A stretch of 64,000 nt of DNA from an uncultured Actinomycetota bacterium (GTDB lineage Bacteria > Actinomycetota > Thermoleophilia > RBG-16-64-13). The notes beneath the pieces are model-generated. The model did not search any database. It saw only the letters and a program-made list of their open reading frames with translations, and was not told the origin of the DNA. A program made the position numbers and the translations under genes. Shown here in pieces: positions 44,992-53,462 of the stretch (the first letter of the stretch is position 1; each line of letters starts with the position of its first letter). The stretch covers positions 144,048 to 208,047 of the forward strand of contig CAWCLH010000019.1 in NCBI GenBank assembly GCA_963796315.1. Reading direction: 5' to 3'.

Positions 44992-46518
44992 ATGGCGAGC
45001 AACTCGAGGTCCGCGCGCAGGAGCTGTCGGCGACGCCTGGTGGCGCCGGTCGCCGGCATGTGCCTTCTGCTGGGCCTGTCCGGCAGCGGGGTCGCCTTCG
45101 CTCAGGACATGACCGCTCACCTCGGATACCGTCACCACCGTGCCGGCCTCCACGACCACCCTGGCCGACTTCATCGACAGCACCACGCTGCCTCCCACCA
45201 CGCTCTCGTCCGCGGTCGATTCGTCCACCACGGTCCCGTCGACCACGGAGCCGACCCCACCACGGCCCCCGCCACCACCTCCACAGCAGGACCCGCGTCC
45301 ACCACCGGGACGACGGCGGGCCCGACGACGACGGGCTCCACGACGACGGCGACGACGGGCTCGACGACGACGCGGACCACCGCTCCCACCACCACGACGG
45401 GTACGACGTCGCGCCCGCGCACGACCCTGCCGCCGACCACGGCCACGAGCGCTCGGTCCGCCGGCACGAACGCGGCTCCCGCCGCCCCCCTGGTGCCCGT
45501 GGTCCCCGGACCGACGATCACCCCGGACCTCTCCGCCGAACTGGCCGCGCGCCAGCTCGAGGTGTTCCAGGTGGCGGCGGAGCTCGACCGGATGGACGCG
45601 CAGCTGGGCGCGCTGGTGGAGGAGTACAACCTGCTGCAGCTGAAGCTGCAGATCGCCAAGCAGGCGGTCGTGCAGATGCAGGGCGACTTGGATGTGACCG
45701 AAGGGGAGCTCGCCAACGCCAACGAGGCTCTTCGGGCGCGCGTCGTGGGCACGTACAAGAGCGAGGGGTCCGCGCTTGCCGTCATCCTGAACACGACGGA
45801 CATGGCGGACTTCGTCAAGCGGATCGGTCTGCTGGTTACCATTGCCCGCAGCGACCGCAGCCGGATCGACGAGGTCGGCTCGCTACGCTCACGGGCGGAC
45901 CGGCAACTGGACGAGCTGTCCCGGCAGATCTACGACCTCACTTTGGCCGCCCAACGCCTGGCCGTCCAGCGGCGGTTGATCGAGTCTCAACTCGCCGAAC
46001 GCAAGGCCTACCTTGCCCGCCTGGGCGCCGAGGTGCAGGCGCTGGTCGAGCAACAACGGGGGACCGCCCGCAACCTGGTCCCTGCCGGGGTCGACCTGGC
46101 CGCCTACGCCTCGGCCGACGGTCAGGGCATCGTCAAGACCGCGCTGACCTACCTGGGCGTGCCCTACGTCTGGGGCGGGGCCACGCCCAGCGGGTTCGAC
46201 TGCTCCGGCCTGGTCCAGTACGTGTACCTGCAGCACGGCATCTACCTGCCGCACTACTCGGGCTTCCAGGCCCAGATGGGCATCGAGGTCCCGCTCGCCC
46301 AGATCGCCGCCGGGGACCTCGTGGCGTTCCGGGCGCCGGTCAGCCACATCGGCATCTACATCGGCAACGGCCTCTTCATCCAGGCGCCGCGCACGGGGGA
46401 CGTCGTCAAGGTCAGCCGGCTGGCCGATCGCAGCGATCTCACGCACATCCGCAGGATCCTGGTGTCGCCCGCAGCGGTGGTCGCGACGGCCGGGGGCCAG
46501 CCCAGCACCACTCCCTGA
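44992..46518 (+). CDS. secreted coiled-coil NlpC/P60 peptidoglycan endopeptidase (RipA-like) with Thr-rich linker; two compensating frame changes (about 45113-45125 and 45254-45258)
   Basis: - Signal peptide VAPVAGMCLLLGLSGSGVAFA.
- The Thr-rich region reads sensibly only in the alternate frame (VPASTTTLADFIDSTTLPPTT).
- Long coiled coil.
- NlpC/P60 core: YVWGGATPSGFDCSGLVQYVY...SHIGIYIGNGLFIQAP. Confidence 0.8.
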   Translation: MASNSRSARRSCRRRLVAPVAGMCLLLGLSGSGVAFAQDMTAHLGYRHHRAGLHDHPGRLHRQHHAASHHALVRGRFVHHGPVDHGADPTTAPATTSTAGPASTTGTTAGPTTTGSTTTATTGSTTTRTTAPTTTTGTTSRPRTTLPPTTATSARSAGTNAAPAAPLVPVVPGPTITPDLSAELAARQLEVFQVAAELDRMDAQLGALVEEYNLLQLKLQIAKQAVVQMQGDLDVTEGELANANEALRARVVGTYKSEGSALAVILNTTDMADFVKRIGLLVTIARSDRSRIDEVGSLRSRADRQLDELSRQIYDLTLAAQRLAVQRRLIESQLAERKAYLARLGAEVQALVEQQRGTARNLVPAGVDLAAYASADGQGIVKTALTYLGVPYVWGGATPSGFDCSGLVQYVYLQHGIYLPHYSGFQAQMGIEVPLAQIAAGDLVAFRAPVSHIGIYIGNGLFIQAPRTGDVVKVSRLADRSDLTHIRRILVSPAAVVATAGGQPSTTP

Positions 46519-46592
46519 GCACGGACGACACCGAGATGAGGGATTCTTCGTCGTAAAAGGCGAGGAATTCGCTGTGTTACCATCGGTGCACC

Positions 46593-47684
46593 ATGCTGCT
46601 CCCCCACAAAGTCTACGTCGTCGATACCAACGCGTTGCTGAACGACCCGGAGGTCCTCTACTCCTTCTCGGGGGGCGAGGTCGTGGTGCCGTCGGTCGTG
46701 CTCAACGAGCTCGACCGGCTGAAGCGGCGGCGGACCGACCGGCGCGTGCGCTACCACGGCAGGAAGGCGACCCGGCTCCTCTTCGAGATCTCCCAGAACG
46801 GCAGGCTGCTTGACGGCGTGAGCCTGGCGAACGGGTCCGTGCTCCGGGTGGACGCGCGCGAGGAGTTCGGCGACCTGCCGGCAGAGCTGGACCTTCAGCG
46901 GACCGACGACCAGATCCTGGCGCTCGCCTACGCGATCAACCGAAAACCCGGTGTCCATACCACCCTGGTGACGAACGACCTCAACATGCTGTTGCGGGGA
47001 GAGGCGATCGGACTCGACGCCTACCGGTTCGAGGGCAAGCTGGATCAGCTCAAGGAGCAGCGCCGGACTCCGATGGAATGGTTCCGAGAGAAGGGCCTCG
47101 CTCTCGTGCTGGGCCTGCTCGCGCTCGCCTTCGCGATCAGTACGGCCTACCTCTACAGCACCCGGCCCGCGAACAGCGGCGTCTCGTCACTGCCTATCTC
47201 CGACAACCCCATCGCCATGCAGGCGTTGGGCGTCAGCCCCGAGGTGCTGGAGAAGCACTACCACGAGCTCCTGGCCAAGCAGCCCAAAGATGTCAAGACC
47301 CTGGTCAACCTGGCCGACCTGCTCTCGTACGAGCAGCGCTACCTGGAGGCCGTCGACTACTACCGCAAGGTCCTGGAGATACAGCCGTCCAACCCGATCG
47401 TGCGCACCGATCTGGGGATCTCACTCATGCGCCTGGACCGCTATCAGGAGGCCATCGAATCCTTCAGACAGGCGGTCGTCTACTCTCCCGAGGACGCGGT
47501 GATCCGCTACAACCTGGGCGTGGCCCTGGCCGTGCCCCGGCTCGGCGACCCGAAGGCGGCTATCGTCGAGCTCCAGCAGGCCCTTGCCCTCGCGGGTCAG
47601 GGCAGGGGCAGCATCCCCGTGGGGGACGCGCAGACGCTGATCAAGGAGCTCCAGACCCAGCTGGGGACCTCAAAGGGGACGTAG
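46593..47684 (+). CDS. PIN-domain (PhoH/YlaK N-terminal type) - TM helix - TPR repeat protein
   Basis: PIN: VYVVDTNALLNDPEVL...VVLNELD...TDDQILALAY...VTNDLNMLLRG. TM helix: GLALVLGLLALAFAISTAYLY. Followed by three or more TPR-like repeats. Confidence 0.7.
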   Translation: MLLPHKVYVVDTNALLNDPEVLYSFSGGEVVVPSVVLNELDRLKRRRTDRRVRYHGRKATRLLFEISQNGRLLDGVSLANGSVLRVDAREEFGDLPAELDLQRTDDQILALAYAINRKPGVHTTLVTNDLNMLLRGEAIGLDAYRFEGKLDQLKEQRRTPMEWFREKGLALVLGLLALAFAISTAYLYSTRPANSGVSSLPISDNPIAMQALGVSPEVLEKHYHELLAKQPKDVKTLVNLADLLSYEQRYLEAVDYYRKVLEIQPSNPIVRTDLGISLMRLDRYQEAIESFRQAVVYSPEDAVIRYNLGVALAVPRLGDPKAAIVELQQALALAGQGRGSIPVGDAQTLIKELQTQLGTSKGT

Positions 47685-47701
47685 CCCCCCAAGGAGCTCG
47701 T

Positions 47702-48178
47702 TCAGCGGGCGGTGACGACGATGGTCAGCGCTCCCACCCCCGGCTTTGGTTCTCCGACCTGGATCGTGGCCCGCAGCGGTCCGACCTCTCGGCTGGCCCC
47801 CTGCAGCCGCGGCGGGTCGGACCCGGCCAGCGTCCAGCCCCGTGACTTCATGAAGCGGGCGACGGCGGCAGTCGTGTCCCCGGCGACGAGCGTGTCTCCA
47901 CGCTTCACCCGCAGGGTGCCCAAGGCGACCGCCCGAGCCCGCTCCTCGGCCGACAGAGAGCCGTCGGCCCGAAGTGCCGGCAGTCCGCCGGGCTCCCACG
48001 CGTAGCCGCGGTCGGCGAGCTCCGTCACGAGGGCCCCCATGTCCTCGGCGATCGCACGCAGCGGCGCCCGGTAGGCCTGCTGGATCGCGTCCAGCCCGGA
48101 GACCTTGACGTTGGTGACGTAGGTGACGTCGCGCGTGAACCACCACGCGAGAGAGAGCACCAGCAGCACACCGGCCAC
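47702..48178 (-). CDS. hypothetical membrane-anchored protein (N-terminus probably extends upstream without a canonical start)
   Basis: 158 aa; TM helix AGVLLVLSLAWWF comes right at the called start. The upstream in-frame sequence ...RRLPRRWSLYFRI looks like the missing positive N-region. Confidence 0.4.
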   Translation of the reverse strand: MAGVLLVLSLAWWFTRDVTYVTNVKVSGLDAIQQAYRAPLRAIAEDMGALVTELADRGYAWEPGGLPALRADGSLSAEERARAVALGTLRVKRGDTLVAGDTTAAVARFMKSRGWTLAGSDPPRLQGASREVGPLRATIQVGEPKPGVGALTIVVTAR

Positions 48179-48317
48179 GATGCGGAAGTACAGGCTCCAG
48201 CGACGCGGCAGCCGGCGGCCGAAGACGATCCAGGCGGACGTGTCGAGCCGGGGAGACGGCGCGTTCGGCCCGCTATCCTCCGGGCCGAGAGGGGTGTTGC
48301 TCAGAGCGGGTCCTGTC

Positions 48318-48506
48318 TCAGCGCGTGCCCGGCGGCTTCAGGAGGTGTCCGCCGATGATCGCCGCGGCGAAGCCCAGGACCGTGTAGAGAAGGAACTTCA
48401 GCAGCAGCACCTCGAGGAAGGCGAACACCGCGAGCACCCACAGGCTGATGCCCGCCAGGAGAAAGATCAGCCCGATGACGTTGGTGAAGTCGAATCGCGT
48501 GCTCAA
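48318..48506 (-). CDS. 62-aa two-TM membrane peptide
   Basis: This is the C-terminal part of an otherwise antisense 394-aa track ORF. The TTG 48506 start gives STRFDFTNVIGLIFLLAGISLWVLAVFAFLEVLLLKFLLYTVLGFAAAIIGGHLLKPPGTR. Confidence 0.4.
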   Translation of the reverse strand: MSTRFDFTNVIGLIFLLAGISLWVLAVFAFLEVLLLKFLLYTVLGFAAAIIGGHLLKPPGTR

Positions 48507-48547
48507 GATTCCTCGTCCCCTCCATGAGAAATGCCCGGTAGCCGGGG

Positions 48548-48575
48548 TGGACAGCCCTTGATTGGATGCTATAGT
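48548..48575 (+). promoter_or_regulatory. candidate promoter of the cytochrome operon (TGGACA-16-TATAGT with TGc extended -10)
   Basis: TGGACA at 48548-48553 and TATAGT at 48570-48575, in the divergent intergenic region about 200 nt upstream of ORF A. Confidence 0.3.
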
Positions 48576-48779
48576 AGCAAACTGCAGCTGGCTTGTGAAA
48601 AGTGGTGCTACGGACTCGGATGCGGGCCGCTGCGGTGCAGTACGAGGAAAGAGGAGACCCTGCCAGTGCGAGGGTCGAAGCCCGCGCGACACGCTCGGTG
48701 TCCCGGTCAGTAGACTCGCTGTCTTCCTTCCAGCGAACATGCGCGTCACGGACACGTCAGGCGAGTGGTGAAAGGCGGC

Positions 48780-49562
48780 ATGGCGAGCAAGCAACCCCTG
48801 CGGTTCAGGGTCTACGATGCCAGAGGACGCGCGGTCCGGGTCAAGAAGCGGTACCTCATCCTTCTTCTGGTCGGTCTGGCGACGGTCGGCGGAGCGTTCC
48901 TGTTCGTCCCGTTCTACGTGACGTCCACCCCGAGCTTCTGTTCCAACTGCCACGTGATGGACCCGTTCATCACGTCGTGGGAGCACAGCACTCACGCGAA
49001 GTTCCCGTGTGACAAATGCCATGTCAAACCGGGGGTCGTCAATCGCGTGGTCAACCAGTTCGCGGTGACCAAGAACGTCTATCTCGACGTCTTCGGCCAG
49101 GCCGAGATGCCGCACGAGATCCGGTCCGCCACGAATCAGAACTGCCTGCAATCGGGGTGCCACACCACGAACCGCATGGCGTCCACCTCGGGTGACCTCC
49201 TCATCCCGCACCGCGACCATGTGGAGATGCGGGGGCTGCAGTGCAAGGACTGCCACTTCAACGTGGTGCACACGCCGGAGGGAGGCACCCCGGTGCCGCC
49301 GATGGGCGTCTGCGCCATGTGCCACGACGGCAAGAAGGCGCCCAACGACTGTAAGACCTGTCACAAGAACCCACCCACGGCCTCCGAAGCGCACCCGAAC
49401 CTGGCCCTCGAGCAGCACGGAGCGCTGGCCAAGGGTCGCGAACGCGACTGCCTGCGCTGCCATCACGCCGACGCGTCCTTCTGCGAACGCACCGGCTGCC
49501 ACCCACAGGGGACGTTCCAGAAGCTGACGGATGAAGAGCGGATGCAGGAAAGGTTCCAGTAG
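48780..49562 (+). CDS. multihaem cytochrome c A: NapC/NirT/NrfH-like, N-terminal TM anchor, 6 CxxCH + 2 Cx4CH
   Basis: TM helix LILLLVGLATVGGAFLFVPFYV is followed by TSTPSFCSNCHVM...W..STHA..PCDKCH, the NapC/NirT hallmark. Variant sites are CLQSGCH and CERTGCH. An alternative GTG start lies at 48765. Confidence 0.85.
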   Translation: MASKQPLRFRVYDARGRAVRVKKRYLILLLVGLATVGGAFLFVPFYVTSTPSFCSNCHVMDPFITSWEHSTHAKFPCDKCHVKPGVVNRVVNQFAVTKNVYLDVFGQAEMPHEIRSATNQNCLQSGCHTTNRMASTSGDLLIPHRDHVEMRGLQCKDCHFNVVHTPEGGTPVPPMGVCAMCHDGKKAPNDCKTCHKNPPTASEAHPNLALEQHGALAKGRERDCLRCHHADASFCERTGCHPQGTFQKLTDEERMQERFQ

Positions 49563-49564
49563 TC

Positions 49565-50536
49565 GTGAAGTGGCCTCGTTTCCTCGCTATCCAGGACGAG
49601 TCGGGCCGCGCGGTCCGGGTCCGCTGGCGCTACCTTCTTCTGATCGCCGCGGCGCTGGTGGTGATCGGGGTGGCCGCCGTCTACCTGCCGGTCGCCATGA
49701 CCTCCACCCCCAGCTTCTGTCAGAACTGCCACCTCATGAAGGAGCCCACCGCCTTGTGGGAGGAGTCGACCCACGCCAACGTGAACTGCGTGCAGTGTCA
49801 CGTCGAGCCCGGCATCCTGAAGACGCTCGAGCACAAGGCCCTGTCGTACAAGGAGATCTACTTCAACTTCTTCGGCGAGGGCCGCATGCCGGAGGACATC
49901 GCGTTGCCGACCAACGCGGCCTGCCTCCAATGCCACAACCTGGACCGCACGGTATCCCCGGGCGGCGACATCAAGATCCCCCACCGGGAGCACGTGGAGA
50001 TGCGTAACCTCAAGTGCGCCGATTGCCACTTCAACGTGGTGCATACCCGGCGGGGCACTCCCGGTGGCGCGCCGCCCATGGACATCTGCTACATGTGCCA
50101 CGACGGCAAGCGGGCGCCGAACGCCTGCGACACTTGCCACACCACGCCGGTCAAGGACCTGCAGAAGCAGGGTCACCCGACCGACGCCCTCCAGAACCAC
50201 GGCAAGCTCGCCCAGGACCGGAGCGAAGACTGCAAGCGGTGCCACAGCGACCGCTCCCGCTTCTGTGAGAACTGCCACAACAAACCTCCCGCCAGCCACA
50301 AGGCGGCCACGTGGCGGTACACCCACAAGACCGTGGTCGAGACGAGCGGTCGCGCGACGTGCGAGGGTTGCCACAAACCCGAGTTCTGCCAGAAGTGCCA
50401 CAAGGTGCAGCATCCGCCCAACTGGAAGCAGGTGCATAAGGAGTTCGCGCAGGGTGGCGGCGATGCGTGCCAGGTATGCCATTCGCCCAACTTCTGTCAG
50501 GATTGTCACAAGGCCTCCGGAGTCACGACCAAGTAG
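49565..50536 (+). CDS. multihaem cytochrome c B: NapC/NirT-like paralog of A with C-terminal dihaem-repeat extension, 12 CxxCH
   Basis: TM anchor followed by TSTPSFCQNCHLM...STHANVNCVQCH. Collinear with A through CKRCH..FCENCH, then has two extra CxxCH-x4-CxxCH units. Confidence 0.88.
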   Translation: MKWPRFLAIQDESGRAVRVRWRYLLLIAAALVVIGVAAVYLPVAMTSTPSFCQNCHLMKEPTALWEESTHANVNCVQCHVEPGILKTLEHKALSYKEIYFNFFGEGRMPEDIALPTNAACLQCHNLDRTVSPGGDIKIPHREHVEMRNLKCADCHFNVVHTRRGTPGGAPPMDICYMCHDGKRAPNACDTCHTTPVKDLQKQGHPTDALQNHGKLAQDRSEDCKRCHSDRSRFCENCHNKPPASHKAATWRYTHKTVVETSGRATCEGCHKPEFCQKCHKVQHPPNWKQVHKEFAQGGGDACQVCHSPNFCQDCHKASGVTTK

Positions 50537-50549
50537 AGGGAGGATCGGC

Positions 50550-51515
50550 GTGCTTGGCAACAGGAAAAGTGCGGGCCCGCTAGCGAAAAGATTCACGCGC
50601 TCGACTGCGCGTGCGGTCGGGCTCGTGGTCGGCGCGCTCGTCGCCCTCCTCGTGCTGACCGGGACGGCCCTCGCGCAGGACGCGACCACCACCTCGGCCT
50701 CGACCACCACGACCACGGCCGCCGCCCCGGAGACGGACAACACGGCTCAGTGCCTGACCTGCCATCAGGAGACGTACCTGGGCAGCGTGAAGGACAGCAC
50801 GGGCACGAAGAACCTGCATATCGACGGCGCCGCCTACAAGGACTCCGCCCACGGGCTGCTCCCCTGCAACTCCTGCCACATCAACTTCAGCCACAATCCG
50901 CACCAGATGGTGAAGAACGCCGAGTTCTTCGCCAAGACCGCGGGAGAGGCGTGCCGCAATTGTCACGACGACCAGTTCGAGATGTACAAGCAGAGCTACC
51001 ACGGGAAGCTGACCAAGGGCGGCGTGGCGGACGGCACGGCGGCCCCCCTCTGCGTGGATTGCCACGGCGCGCACGCCGTGAAGAAGGTCAAGAGCACCGA
51101 GTACCGCCGGGAACTGCAGGATATCTGCGGAAAATGCCACGGTGGCCGCGAGTCCAGCTTCCTGGACACATACCATGGTAAGGCCATCACGCTCGGCCGC
51201 GACGCCGCCGCCACCTGCGTCGATTGCCACGGTTCCCACAGCATCCTGCCGGTCGCCGATCCCAAGTCCACTCTCTCCCAGGCGAACATCCTGCCAACGT
51301 GCCAGAAGTGTCACCCACAGGCTGAGAAGGGTTTCACCACCTTCCTGGTCCACGTCAAGCCCACGTCTCCCAAGGCCCCGCTGATCGTGTTCGTCGTGGC
51401 CATCTTCTACATCAGCATGATCGTGGCCGTGTTCGTCTTCGGGGGCACGCACACCCTGCTGTACATCTACCGCGGGCTGAAAGACGGGCTGTACTTCAAG
51501 AAGGGAGGGCACTGA
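50550..51515 (+). CDS. multihaem cytochrome c C: 7 CxxCH, signal peptide, Thr-rich linker, C-terminal TM helix
   Basis: GAGGGAGGA upstream of GTG 50550. Signal peptide AVGLVVGALVALLVLTGTALA-QD. Repeated (S/Y)xHG...CxxCHGxH pattern. C-terminal helix LIVFVVAIFYISMIVAVFVFGG. Confidence 0.85.
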   Translation: MLGNRKSAGPLAKRFTRSTARAVGLVVGALVALLVLTGTALAQDATTTSASTTTTTAAAPETDNTAQCLTCHQETYLGSVKDSTGTKNLHIDGAAYKDSAHGLLPCNSCHINFSHNPHQMVKNAEFFAKTAGEACRNCHDDQFEMYKQSYHGKLTKGGVADGTAAPLCVDCHGAHAVKKVKSTEYRRELQDICGKCHGGRESSFLDTYHGKAITLGRDAAATCVDCHGSHSILPVADPKSTLSQANILPTCQKCHPQAEKGFTTFLVHVKPTSPKAPLIVFVVAIFYISMIVAVFVFGGTHTLLYIYRGLKDGLYFKKGGH

Positions 51516-52393
51516 TGTCGACGGTCAGCGCCACCGCCACCAAGGTGGAGACCACGCACGCCGGAGTCGACACCCACCTGGTCTACCGCCGGTTCAGCGC
51601 CTTCCACCGGTTCAATCACTACCTGGTCATGATCAGCTTCTTCGGCCTGGTGCTGACCGGCATCCCGCTGAAGTTCAAGACCAGCTATTGGTCCGAGGTC
51701 ATCATGAACGCCGTAGGCGGCGTCTCGAACGCCGGCTTCGCCCACCGCACCTTCGCCGTGGTCAACATCCTGTACTTCGTGCTGGAAGGCGGCTACATGC
51801 TGTTGTACGTCGTGCGGAGGAGGGGCCCCGTCTTCGGTGCGGACTCCATCGTGCCCAGCCTGAAGGACTGGGAGGACCTCAAGGGCATGTTCAAGTGGTT
51901 CTTCGGTCGCGGCCCCAAGCCCCGCTTCAACCGGTTCACCTACTGGGAGAAGTTCGACTTCTGGGCTCTCTTCGCCGGGACCGTCTTGATCGGTGGCTCC
52001 GGCCTGATGATGTGGTTCCCCGAGCTCACCACGCGGTACCTGCCGGGGATCACGCTCAACGTGGCTTTGGTGCTCCACTCGAACGAGGCGTTCCTCGCCA
52101 CCGGAGTCATCTTCATCTTCGTGCACTTCTTCTCGGCGCACGGACGTCCCGAATCGTTCCCCGCCGACGAGGTCATCTTCTCGGGCTACCTTCCGCTGGA
52201 GCACTACATCGAGGACCGGCCGGCCGAGTACGTCAACCGGCTGAAGGCCGGCACCCTGGAGGAAGTGGTCACTACCCTTCCGGCGGAGGGTCGTCGCCGC
52301 GTGTTCAGCTGGGTGACGGCGGTGTTCACGGTCTTCGCCTTCCTGGCCTCGGCGTTCACCTTGCTCCTGATCATCTGGCCGCTCTTCTTCTAG
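51515..52393 (+). CDS. dihaem cytochrome b membrane subunit D (FdnI/HydC/PhsC-like)
   Basis: The start overlaps the stop of C (TGATG). RFSAFHRFNHYLVMISFFGLVLTG, FTYWEKFDFWALFAG and LHSNEAFLATGVIFIFVHFF carry the conserved His positions. Confidence 0.8.
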   Translation: MSTVSATATKVETTHAGVDTHLVYRRFSAFHRFNHYLVMISFFGLVLTGIPLKFKTSYWSEVIMNAVGGVSNAGFAHRTFAVVNILYFVLEGGYMLLYVVRRRGPVFGADSIVPSLKDWEDLKGMFKWFFGRGPKPRFNRFTYWEKFDFWALFAGTVLIGGSGLMMWFPELTTRYLPGITLNVALVLHSNEAFLATGVIFIFVHFFSAHGRPESFPADEVIFSGYLPLEHYIEDRPAEYVNRLKAGTLEEVVTTLPAEGRRRVFSWVTAVFTVFAFLASAFTLLLIIWPLFF

Positions 52394-52412
52394 GCGGAGC
52401 CGGCACGACGTT

Positions 52413-53444
52413 ATGAAAGACCGATTCCAGAGGCAGAAGGGGGATCTCATGGTGGGAACTTGCTCGGCCACGCGCGGCAAGACCGGGCATAGGCGTCATC
52501 GACATGAACGGGTGGCAGGGCTACTCGTCGTGACGCTGGCGCTGTTCCTGGCGATGACCGGCTCGGCGCTGGCCCTCGACCCGGAAGGCTGTCTGATCTG
52601 CCACGGCGATCCCAACTTCACCAATCCCAACCCCCGTGAGGGATATCCGACCTCCCTCTACGTCGACCCGGCCGCCTTCTCGAAGTCGGTCCACGGCAAG
52701 AACAAGTGTTCGAGCTGCCACAAGGGTTTCACCCTGTCGATGCCGCAGCATCAGACCGACCCCAGCAAGGACTACAAAGCGGTCGCCATCGAGGCCTGCG
52801 AGGGATGCCACAAGAAGGAGTTCATGGCCTACCAGACCTCGGCGCACGCGAAGATGTACTTCGGATCGGACACCGGTCCCATCTGCATCTCCTGCCACGG
52901 GTCGCACGAGATCAGGAAGGTGCAGCTGGGCCACGAGTCGGCGGAATTCAAGATGAGTATGGCCCGCGATTCCTGCGGCCGTTGCCATCAGGACAAGTTC
53001 GAGAAGGCGAAGAACGAGTTCCACTTCAAGGCGCTGTCCCTCGGCTATGCCCGGGCCGCCACGTGCTTCGACTGTCACGGTGCCCACGAGAACCTGGCGC
53101 TGAAGTCGGGTCAGGAAGAGACCGTAAAGCAGTGCCAGCAGTGCCATCCCGGCGCGACGAAGTCTTTCACCTACTTCCAGATGCACCTCGCCGACAACTT
53201 CGGCAACGCCTGGTGGGGCGTGCGTCTGGTCTACCGCTTCTTCAGCACGCTGCTCCTGGTGGTGCTGGTGACCGGCATCGCCTATACCACGGTCCACTTC
53301 CAGAAAGAGGTCCGCGAGGTCCTCGGCGTGTTCGGACGCGGAATGGGCCGGATGTTCGGCTACATCCGGGCGCTGGAAGACGAGTCGGTCCGCGAGAAAG
53401 TCAGCGACGAGCCGAGCCCGCAAACAGGACGCGCCGGGACGTGA
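52413..53444 (+). CDS. multihaem cytochrome c E: paralog of C, 7 CxxCH, signal peptide and C-terminal TM helix
   Basis: Signal peptide LLVVTLALFLAMTGSALA-LD, with the same SxHG...CxxCHGxH spacing as C. C-terminal helix FFSTLLLVVLVTGIAYTTV. An alternative start at 52449 has a better RBS. Confidence 0.85.
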   Translation: MKDRFQRQKGDLMVGTCSATRGKTGHRRHRHERVAGLLVVTLALFLAMTGSALALDPEGCLICHGDPNFTNPNPREGYPTSLYVDPAAFSKSVHGKNKCSSCHKGFTLSMPQHQTDPSKDYKAVAIEACEGCHKKEFMAYQTSAHAKMYFGSDTGPICISCHGSHEIRKVQLGHESAEFKMSMARDSCGRCHQDKFEKAKNEFHFKALSLGYARAATCFDCHGAHENLALKSGQEETVKQCQQCHPGATKSFTYFQMHLADNFGNAWWGVRLVYRFFSTLLLVVLVTGIAYTTVHFQKEVREVLGVFGRGMGRMFGYIRALEDESVREKVSDEPSPQTGRAGT

Positions 53445-53462
53445 TGAGAAGGGGGACAGCTG

